From IMG/VR virus record IMGVR_UViG_3300046653_000093, positions 1 to 64,000 of that record: a DNA stretch of 64,000 bases; one strand, written 5' to 3'. Shown here piece after piece: positions 39,003 to 47,235 of the stretch. Position 1 is the stretch's first letter. Every line of letters starts with the position of its first letter. The notes under the pieces were generated by a model. That model was given only the letters and a program-made list of their open reading frames with translations. It was not told the DNA's origin and searched no databases. Position numbers and translations under genes: made by a program.

Positions 39003-39073
39003 GGCTCCATCTTCTAATGGCAGGATGACGCTCTCTCTAAGCGCCAATGCGAGTTCAAATCTCGCTGGAGTCA
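39003..39073 (+). tRNA. tRNA-Glu(CTC)
   Basis: CGCT-CTCTCTA-AGCG; Glu-type D-arm. Confidence 0.75.
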
Positions 39074-39074
39074 C

Positions 39075-39160
39075 TGCGGGAATGTAGTGCAAAGGCGGCA
39101 CACGAGGCTCATAACCTCGTCCGAAAGGCGCGATAGGTTCGATTCCATCTCCCGCTACCA
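39075..39160 (+). tRNA. tRNA-Met(CAT), initiator-like, with long variable arm
   Basis: CGAGG-CTCATAA-CCTCG; unpaired 1:72; ACCA end. Confidence 0.75.
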
Positions 39161-39380
39161 AATGGAAACGTTCAGACCAGGCGTATATAGTTGGTCAAAG
39201 AAGTGTGCAACCAAAACAAGTAACCGAAAACGCGCTGAATGGTACTTGTATAAGAAGGAACATAAGTCGCATTACCATCAACGTATTCGGCAAATAGGAG
39301 ATTCAGATTACCACTACGATTTTGATGGAGACTACGATCTCTTTGGTTGGTATGATATTCAGTGTGGAGATCATTAGTAT

Positions 39381-39455
39381 GTCGTGGAACCCAAAAGGCT
39401 AGGGGCCTGTCTGCAAAACAGGTATTTGTGAGTTCGACACTCACCCACGACTCCA
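39381..39455 (+). tRNA. tRNA-Cys(GCA)
   Basis: CCTGT-CTGCAAA-ACAGG; U73-CCA. Confidence 0.85.
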
Positions 39456-39457
39456 AT

Positions 39458-40138
39458 ATGGCAGCTAATTTAGGCACTAGAAAATCATGGACTGACGAGC
39501 AAATGTCAAAGGCAGTAGCTCAAGCACTTTCAATAGCCAGCACACTTAGGTTATTGAATATGTCACAAACTGGAGCTAATTATATAACAGTAAAAGATGC
39601 TATAAATCGACTAAGCCTAAACACTTCACATTGGACAGGGATTCATCATAGGAAGGGAAAGGCGTTAATTAATCCAAAGAAATCACTATCTGAATTATTG
39701 ACTGAAAACTCACGAACACAAACATCGCGTCTAAAACATCGACTCATAAAAGAAGGTCTGCTTACCAATCAATGCTCCGTATGTTGTCAAGAGCCTAGTT
39801 GGAAAGACAAGCCTCTGGTAATGGTGTTAGATCATATAAACGGAATAAATAATGATTTTAGATTTGAAAACCTAAGATTACTTTGCCCTAATTGCAACAG
39901 CCAGCAATCAACATTCGCTGGTAGGAACAATAAAAGTAAAAGAGGGCCAGGTCATTTTTGCAATAACTGCAATAGAAAATTAACAGCACTTAGAAAATCT
40001 GGTATGTGTAATGTTTGTAACAATAAATCCAGATCAAAATCAAGCCAAGGTGATGGAATGGCAGACATGGTAGCCCCAAACACTACTGCCGCAAGGCGTG
40101 AGGGTTCGACTCCCTCTCTTGGCACTTATGATAATTAG
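39458..40138 (+). CDS. HNH homing endonuclease
   Basis: CSVC..VLDHINGINNDFRFENLRLLCPNCN; frame runs through the downstream tRNA-Leu. Confidence 0.88.
   Translation: MAANLGTRKSWTDEQMSKAVAQALSIASTLRLLNMSQTGANYITVKDAINRLSLNTSHWTGIHHRKGKALINPKKSLSELLTENSRTQTSRLKHRLIKEGLLTNQCSVCCQEPSWKDKPLVMVLDHINGINNDFRFENLRLLCPNCNSQQSTFAGRNNKSKRGPGHFCNNCNRKLTALRKSGMCNVCNNKSRSKSSQGDGMADMVAPNTTAARREGSTPSLGTYDN
40044..40124 (+). tRNA. tRNA-Leu(CAA)
   Basis: loop CCCAAAC; variable arm GCC-GCAA-GGC. Confidence 0.78.
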
Positions 40139-40144
40139 GAAGTA

Positions 40145-40411
40145 ATGGGATATAGAATTTGGCGAAAAGATAAACCAGGAATCTGGAGTTTGGCATTTGA
40201 TACAATCTACGAAACTCAAGATAAAGTAAATACTGCGATTGAAGAACTCAAAGCAAGATATCATGACTTGATAAGATATGGAGAACTTGAATTCCTACCA
40301 TATCTCGAACACATCAAACTTGCTCGGGACGGCAGCATCATTGACAGCACGCCCTATAAGCGGCAAAGTCGGCCGGTTGAACGAAGAAGTCCTAATGGCC
40401 GCAAGAAGTAA
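40145..40411 (+). CDS. hypothetical protein
   Basis: AGGA SD; 88 aa. Confidence 0.6.
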   Translation: MGYRIWRKDKPGIWSLAFDTIYETQDKVNTAIEELKARYHDLIRYGELEFLPYLEHIKLARDGSIIDSTPYKRQSRPVERRSPNGRKK

Positions 40412-40702
40412 GCTTCAATTTTTCTTGCAATCGCTACCGAGATTTGTTAGGGTGGCAAAGTCATCCGGCCGCTTCGCGGTTGGAACCCTACTATCAATCG
40501 GGTGAAGCTGACGCCCAGCCAACCAATCAGTGGTGCTTACACGGCCCCATATAGATCCCATAGTTACGCGCTCCTTTCACAGCCCCATTAACTCGGTTGG
40601 CTGGGCGTTATTTACGAAGTACTCAATTGAATACATGAACAAAATCGAATAGTTGCTTCATGTCAAACAACATCTAGACAAGAGATGTTGTTTTGGGGTA
40701 TA

Positions 40703-41227
40703 ATGACCTACATGGATCCGAAGCTATTCTCAGTTGCCGCCCTGATTCCAATCGGCAATCAGGTTGTTGCCGTTTCTCGTAAGACCAACCACAATGACTT
40801 CGGTCTGCCGGGAGGTAAAATCGATCCTGGCGAGACTCCGGAAGAAGCTCTCGTGCGCGAGCTTCACGAAGAAACCGGTATCACCGCAACCAAATTCAGT
40901 GTTGTCTACGAAGATTGGGACCGCGTAGAAGGTGGTGAACCGCGCCCATGCCGAACGTATCTGATCGAAAAATGGGAAGGCACTCCGCAAGCCACTAAAG
41001 AGAGCGCAGTAGTGACGTTGCTTTACCCAAAGCAATTGATGAATCCAAGCAATACTTTCTGCAACTACAATTACAATCTGTTCAATCATCTGTCAAAAGA
41101 AGCAAGCTTTCGTAAAAAGCTAATTGAAATAGCGAGTCTATATGACGATGATGAAACAGATCCTAATATAGAAATTACTCGCGTTGATATACCAAGATCA
41201 AATCCATCTTGGCCAGTTCCAACATAA
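40703..41227 (+). CDS. Nudix hydrolase
   Basis: GLPGGKIDPGETPEEALVRELHEETG. Confidence 0.92.
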   Translation: MTYMDPKLFSVAALIPIGNQVVAVSRKTNHNDFGLPGGKIDPGETPEEALVRELHEETGITATKFSVVYEDWDRVEGGEPRPCRTYLIEKWEGTPQATKESAVVTLLYPKQLMNPSNTFCNYNYNLFNHLSKEASFRKKLIEIASLYDDDETDPNIEITRVDIPRSNPSWPVPT

Positions 41228-41245
41228 ATATGCTAGGGGAATTAA

Positions 41246-42007
41246 ATGGAAGAAACTGAGACCCCAGTAATAAAGGATGTTGAAAATTTTTCTGTTGAAA
41301 GTATATGGGAATTCTTAGAAAGATCTGGATTCATATACCCTGAGAAACGCAAGATAATTGATTTTGATGCAGCTAAAGAGACATTGTCAAAATTGATATC
41401 TAATAAATCTAGCATGTTCAAAGGTTTGGTTGTTACACGTGGGTCATCGATATACGCCCACATATCTGCTGTTAGAATTTACGATAAGGTATGGATGGTT
41501 CAGCATATGGCTAGCCTACCTTACAAAAAGGAAAAGGTATCTCATGCGCAGATATTGAACCTATCCCTATTAGAGTATTTTGAACAAAGCTCTGATGTGG
41601 AATGGATACGCGCAACATACAGACATGAAAATAAACGTGTATCCCGCTTATACGAATCATTAGCTAATCAGGTATCGTGTAAAGAATTGTCGATAATACA
41701 ATTCATGAATTGCATGAGATCAGATAAGGTTTATGATTTGGTCATGAATGGTTTGGAAGTAAGACCACTGCCAAATACGTTCAGTGGGGATCAGAAGCGA
41801 GAGTGTTTTGACCATATATCTCCTGAGTATGAAAAGATTGGCCTTGAACGTCGCCAAAGGTTTCTTGGAGTATATCGCGCAGGAGAATTGGTTGGATATT
41901 CTGTGATTGAAACCTCATCATTTGGTTTGAATTTAAGCGAACTAACTAGTGCCTTTCGCGTTTTTATGGATTCAGACATGGAACTTACTTGCTTTGACTT
42001 ATCCTGA
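41246..42007 (+). CDS. GNAT-like hypothetical protein, probably truncated
   Basis: GFIYPEK, HISAVRIY..WMVQHMA, GLNLSEL; recalls C-terminal domains of myxobacterial PilZ fusion proteins (from memory). Confidence 0.5.
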   Translation: MEETETPVIKDVENFSVESIWEFLERSGFIYPEKRKIIDFDAAKETLSKLISNKSSMFKGLVVTRGSSIYAHISAVRIYDKVWMVQHMASLPYKKEKVSHAQILNLSLLEYFEQSSDVEWIRATYRHENKRVSRLYESLANQVSCKELSIIQFMNCMRSDKVYDLVMNGLEVRPLPNTFSGDQKRECFDHISPEYEKIGLERRQRFLGVYRAGELVGYSVIETSSFGLNLSELTSAFRVFMDSDMELTCFDLS

Positions 42008-42635
42008 TCAAGTCCATCCTGGCCAGTTCCGCACAAAGATACGTCCTGGTCAATATAGAAGCGATGCAACAGATAAACTATTTGACCTGATTGTTGCAGC
42101 TTACTCAGAGCCACAGCGCCACTATCACTGTATCAATCACTTGCAAGAGTGCTTCTTCTTCTACGATTCGCTACCGCACCTTCAGGGCAAGACAGCGCGC
42201 ACCGAGATGGCCCTATGGTTTCATGATTCGGTCTACCAGATGGTTCCTAGCGGCAATGAAGAGGCAAGCGCTGAGCTGTGCAAGCAAAGCCTCATGTACG
42301 CTGGTACGCTCGAAGACCTGGCCCAGCAGATCTCGAACCTCATCCTTGCAGACCATAGCGCTGTACTGACGGACCAAGAGCAGCAAGTGCTAGCCGATGT
42401 TGACCTATGGATCCTCGCCGCCCCTCCGGAACGTTTCGAGGAATACGAGGTTCAAATCAGGAACGAATACAAAGAAGTTCCCGATGAAGTGTTCTACCCA
42501 ACTCGGGAGCGCATCATGAGGCGCTTTGCTGAGAAAGAACACATCTACTATACGCCTGAGATTAGACGGCAGCTGGAAGATAGGGCAAGGGAAAACCTAT
42601 CCAAGTACTTGGTTGAGTTCAGCGCCCATTCTTGA
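41949..42635 (+). CDS. HD-domain phosphohydrolase (start unclear)
   Basis: YSEPQRHYH, ALWFHDSVY, NEEASA, DVDLWIL, IRNEY. Confidence 0.85.
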   Translation: MPFAFLWIQTWNLLALTYPDQVHPGQFRTKIRPGQYRSDATDKLFDLIVAAYSEPQRHYHCINHLQECFFFYDSLPHLQGKTARTEMALWFHDSVYQMVPSGNEEASAELCKQSLMYAGTLEDLAQQISNLILADHSAVLTDQEQQVLADVDLWILAAPPERFEEYEVQIRNEYKEVPDEVFYPTRERIMRRFAEKEHIYYTPEIRRQLEDRARENLSKYLVEFSAHS

Positions 42636-43346
42636 TTAGGTATTAACTACAAGGCGCAAGTGTTGTCTTGCTCTTTGTTTTTCCAATACTTTAGCTACCA
42701 AAAATATAAGGTCATCATGGAACCATGATGCTGGATCTAGCTTCAATTCAGAAGCTATCGCATACAGCTTGGTGTATGGCATTTCAGCCAATTGCTTCTC
42801 GGACAGGTGGCAATATACGTACGTCATATGGAACCACTACCCAACTTGTTTCAAATGGTGATAGGTTTACTGACAGCTCCGCAATCCTTCGGTCAGTATG
42901 AATATTACAAATTGTGCGATCGATAAACTCACGAAGAGTTTCATACATCGAATAGATCTCCAACGGCTTTTACCAAGCAATATGGAACATGGGAACCGCA
43001 AGAGCAATCAGCTGCCAACCCACGAAATGGGCCAATGACAAATGGTAGGGTTGTTTCTATAAGTTTTCCACAACCCTGACAAGGTGCTATAACTGGTTCG
43101 ATGCCGAATCTGGCAGCCCAACGTTTTGGATCAGCTCCATAGACGTACAGCTGAGTCATTGGCTCTTCGTGCTTCACCAAATCTCACAGTATCCAAATTG
43201 GGTCTTGCCACAATCACGTAATTGTTCGGCTTGCTGCTTGTGCTCTTGATAGAGTTTGTTAAGTGCGTTTATTAGTACAGGCGCTTCGAACACAAACTCT
43301 TTACGTATCGCGCGCTCGATTTCAGTTTTCTGCCAAGGGGTCATAG

Positions 43347-43673
43347 TTACTTCTTTCCTGGCGGCCTCAATCTCTTCGGGCCAGAGGACTTTTCAAGGAA
43401 CGTCTTCAATTCTTCTCTTTGGGCATCGGTTACTTTGACCTGGCCAGAGCTAACTAGATTGACAGTTCCTGGGTCAAGGTTTAGTCCGCAATGAATGCCC
43501 TCGGCCCAGTCTCTTTGCTTTGGTGTCAGCTTCTTGAACTTGCCTGATGTCAAGCCATCTAACATCCCAGAGAATGTTTCAAGTTCTTCATCGGTAAGCT
43601 TTTCGCTGTCAATAAGCTCATTCAAAAGCTTAGAGTCTGTTAGTGTAATCTTGACGTCTTTATCTTTTGTCAT
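43347..43673 (-). CDS. hypothetical protein
   Basis: part of a minus-strand gene run. Confidence 0.6.
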   Translation of the reverse strand: MTKDKDVKITLTDSKLLNELIDSEKLTDEELETFSGMLDGLTSGKFKKLTPKQRDWAEGIHCGLNLDPGTVNLVSSGQVKVTDAQREELKTFLEKSSGPKRLRPPGKK

Positions 43674-43675
43674 AT

Positions 43676-43990
43676 TTATTTCTGACTTTCCTTTGGGCGC
43701 AAGAATGCCCGACACATATTCAATCTACCTTCGCTGGTAAAAAGATCTTTTGTAAGATTTGGAGCTTCTTTCATGATGATGGAAGCTGGAATTGTCCACT
43801 CTTTCATCTGCTCATCTTCTACAAATATTCCGCCAATAAACGCCACCCAGCCATATCTGCCCCTGTTGGGATCATCGGCAGGAATGATTTCGTGAGTGGG
43901 ATGCTCTGCCATGAACTTGGTAACATCGTCCCAAAGATCTTGGAAAGAATCCCAATCACTATCCAGCTTATCATATATTGATGACATCAA
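43676..43990 (-). CDS. hypothetical protein
   Basis: overlaps the vWA stop. Confidence 0.6.
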   Translation of the reverse strand: MMSSIYDKLDSDWDSFQDLWDDVTKFMAEHPTHEIIPADDPNRGRYGWVAFIGGIFVEDEQMKEWTIPASIIMKEAPNLTKDLFTSEGRLNMCRAFLRPKESQK

Positions 43991-44658
43991 TCGTCCGTTT
44001 TAAGTGATTTGACCTCAGCATCATTCAACAGCGCAACCGAAGCGGTAAACAAAACGCCTTCAGCTGCCTTGTCTCGACGTCGAGTTACGCCACCTGATAT
44101 ACCCTTGTATGCATTACTAGTTCCGCCATGATTGGCAGAGTAGTTATACGTGTTGCTGGCACTGAAACCCAAAGCAGCGCCCTGGCTAAATGCAGCATCT
44201 CCGCCACCTAGGAACGTGAATGTCCAGTTGTACTTCTCGGTCTGGTGTTTCACCATCTCGGCAATCTTTGATGCAACAATGTATTCCTTGGAAGAATTCT
44301 CTTCTCCGTCCGTAATGATGAGGAAGATTACCTGACCTGGGCGTTCCTCTTCCTTCATCTTGGCAAAGCGTTCACCAACAGTTACGATGGTCTTACCAAC
44401 CGCATCAAGAAGAGCGGTGCTGCCACGTGGTCTATAAGTATCACCCGTCAAATCCTTTACGGATTGAATATCAACTCCATCATAGTCAATTTGATATTGG
44501 TCATCAAACTGTACAAGAGTCAATTTTGCCTTTCCTGAGTTCTTCTTTTGTTCAGCTAGGAAAGTATTGAAACCACCAATGGTATCGTGGCGGAGACTAC
44601 TCATAGAACCAGAGCGATCAAGAATAGCAACAATCTCAGTTAAATTAATATCAGTCAT
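43987..44658 (-). CDS. von Willebrand factor A domain protein
   Basis: MIDAS ILDRSGSM; PRGSTALLDA; IITDGEENSS. Confidence 0.92.
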   Translation of the reverse strand: MTDINLTEIVAILDRSGSMSSLRHDTIGGFNTFLAEQKKNSGKAKLTLVQFDDQYQIDYDGVDIQSVKDLTGDTYRPRGSTALLDAVGKTIVTVGERFAKMKEEERPGQVIFLIITDGEENSSKEYIVASKIAEMVKHQTEKYNWTFTFLGGGDAAFSQGAALGFSASNTYNYSANHGGTSNAYKGISGGVTRRRDKAAEGVLFTASVALLNDAEVKSLKTDD

Positions 44659-45015
44659 AGTATCCCCTTATTTAAGAGTGAAGGTTATTGTAAAAGATTT
44701 GGTAATTGAATATGTGATTTTCTCTTCCGCTGTCCACTTGGCAAGCCATCTATCTAATCTATTCAATAAATATGTTTTAGCTACCGAATTATCATCAATA
44801 GTTGATAAGCTTATACCGTTTTCTGGTACATCACCTATATCAACATAAAAAGTATATGAGAGATCTTTGCATGGATCTTTTATAGTATAATACCTTACTC
44901 TTTTTTGTAAAGCAGTAATACATGACTAAAAATGCAAGTCTATTGACTTGATTATAGCATCAGTTGCATTTTTATATCTTGCTTGATTATCTTCGCCAAT
45001 AGTCATTTGATCACC

Positions 45016-45402
45016 TTATACTATTAGTTTGCCTGCCGGAGCCTTTGGAACATTTCTGGCGGTTGTCAGGCCCGCTCGCTGTGCACGATTTTCCATCATG
45101 ACTTCTTCAAATGAAGCGATCATGTTTTCGTACTTCTGACCACGGCCTTCCATCTGATCGAACCAACGAATGTTGTCGATACATACAGATATATCAACGG
45201 GATTCTCTTCAACATCCAATGGGACAACGTTGTTTTGGGTAATTGTAATTGGCCCCTGTGGCGTTGGAATCAAGAACATATCGCTTCTCAATTCGTACGC
45301 CTTATACACCATGACGATATCGCCAGGTTTGGAGTCTCGACTATCCAATTCCCCAATTAGTTTTCTACTGCCAGAATTAACAATTGCTTTACTGCGAGTC
45401 AT
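45016..45402 (-). CDS. hypothetical protein
   Basis: 128-aa ORF. Confidence 0.6.
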   Translation of the reverse strand: MTRSKAIVNSGSRKLIGELDSRDSKPGDIVMVYKAYELRSDMFLIPTPQGPITITQNNVVPLDVEENPVDISVCIDNIRWFDQMEGRGQKYENMIASFEEVMMENRAQRAGLTTARNVPKAPAGKLIV

Positions 45403-45522
45403 GAGAATAAAGCCGCTCTGGCAGCGTTTCTCGACCGCTTAATCATAGGTTGTTGAAAGGTGGCAGACAACGGACAATACGAGGCACTATTATAACTAAT
45501 GCTATTGCAATTATAATATCCA

Positions 45523-46539
45523 TCATAACCCCACTCTTATACCAAGATACAATCCAATGTTTCCTTTTGGATCAAGTGAAAATGCAGGACCAAGAAACAG
45601 ATTATCAACAAATGGAAGATGCTTTGCGATGTTATAATCAACTGGTGATAAATACAGAGCCAGCCCCTTTGTTTGAGTTTCATACCCAAGTCCAAGAGTA
45701 AGGAATGTCCAATCTGGATTTAGTTTAGTCTGACCATATGAGAAGAAACTTAGACCAATATCTGGCAACACTTCAAAATGTGTTGGTGGATTTGCAATAA
45801 CCCCAAAATCCACCCCAAGATAAAGTCTTGGACTAAAATGAAATGATGGCGATGGAACTTCTTCTGCTATTTTGGCCTCTGTAATAGGGACTGTATATTT
45901 CTTTCCATCAACATCAATCTCGAATCTGCTATAGGCGTAAGTTCTTCCATCTTCGTTTTTACCAAGGACAGTTGTAGAACTGTATGTGCGCGGCGCGATC
46001 TGTTCGCTCCACGGCTTAGGATCCCACGCCGAAAACCCAACCTTACCCATAGGTACGCTATCGTTCCCAACAGGCTCGGTCAAATTCAGCCACTGAGTAG
46101 CCGACTGGTATCCATAAGGATCGGTCACGGCTGGCTTTACCGCCGAATCTGCAGGCCTGGGAGTTGTGCCCGTACTGGGAACTGTATCACTCTGTCTCGG
46201 AGTTGTTGTAGTACTTCCAATATGGTCTGCCGAATATCCATGAGTAACAACTTTTACAGAACTAATACTGTCAACATTTGCCCCAAGTGTTGCTAAATCC
46301 TTTTTGATGGCCGCAAGATCCATTCCCTGATCATTGACCATCTTTTCTAAATCCTTCTTGGTAACATATGAAGATTGTTCACGAACAATTCCATTGCCAA
46401 TATCCTTAGATTCAACAACTGAGGTCTCTATAAATTTAAGACGCTGAACAGTGTCATACTGAACCTTGATGATATAGCCCATCGCAGATATTAATAGAAC
46501 AGTGCCTCCAGCAACTATTGTTTTTGTCTTCCAATCCAT
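45523..46539 (-). CDS. membrane-anchored protein with beta-rich C-terminus
   Basis: N-terminal TM helix, coiled coil, amphipathic strands. Confidence 0.65.
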   Translation of the reverse strand: MDWKTKTIVAGGTVLLISAMGYIIKVQYDTVQRLKFIETSVVESKDIGNGIVREQSSYVTKKDLEKMVNDQGMDLAAIKKDLATLGANVDSISSVKVVTHGYSADHIGSTTTTPRQSDTVPSTGTTPRPADSAVKPAVTDPYGYQSATQWLNLTEPVGNDSVPMGKVGFSAWDPKPWSEQIAPRTYSSTTVLGKNEDGRTYAYSRFEIDVDGKKYTVPITEAKIAEEVPSPSFHFSPRLYLGVDFGVIANPPTHFEVLPDIGLSFFSYGQTKLNPDWTFLTLGLGYETQTKGLALYLSPVDYNIAKHLPFVDNLFLGPAFSLDPKGNIGLYLGIRVGL

Positions 46540-46551
46540 CTTAACCTCAAA

Positions 46552-46890
46552 TCAGAATATATCCTCTGAATCAGGAACTGGTTCAGATACAGGTCCCTCT
46601 GTAATTGCAACTGCGCTAATTCCACGCGCAGGAGATGGAACTGTTGAATGATCTGAATAACGGACGGTAGGAATCTGATCCTCGACATCCATATCGTGAG
46701 GCATCTGTGGAGGTGGTGGAAGATGAGATGGGTCTAGACCAATTCTTTTTACCAAACGATCATATGCCATTATTGCATCTAACAGATTTTGTTCTGTTAA
46801 ATCCAAAGCCCTATCATTTTGCAATACTCCTCTTGCCCAATAATCTGCAGCAGATATGACATCTTGTTCTGCTTTGGTTCTAGCATCCAT
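46552..46890 (-). CDS. hypothetical protein
   Basis: 112-aa ORF. Confidence 0.6.
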   Translation of the reverse strand: MDARTKAEQDVISAADYWARGVLQNDRALDLTEQNLLDAIMAYDRLVKRIGLDPSHLPPPPQMPHDMDVEDQIPTVRYSDHSTVPSPARGISAVAITEGPVSEPVPDSEDIF

Positions 46891-47235
46891 AATTAGATAC
46901 TAGAATAAGCAAATATATAAACCTAACAAGAATTTACCTGTGGTTTTTGTCTTGTACTATATACTTTTTGGGATTTATTTTCCTTAATATTATCTCTGCC
47001 CTTTACCTTTACTGTTATACTTGCTACGCAATGAGGGTTTTCTTTGATTGCTTTTACAATATCCATTTTAACCTCTGAGGGCATTTGTGTGCTATTTACC
47101 GCACTATTAAATGCCAATTTATGTGCGGCCCCATTTTTGTTGACATTTCGTGCGCGCTTTGGTATTCAGGCATCCGAGCGCGGTAATTCAGATCGCGCAC
47201 CCCCAAACGAACATTGTTGTTGAATAGGAGAATTT

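Noticed and set aside
39003-39073. Second amber suppressor (CTCTAA in the loop region)
   Set aside because: The stem register gives loop CTCTCTA with anticodon CTC, and the D-arm is Glu-type
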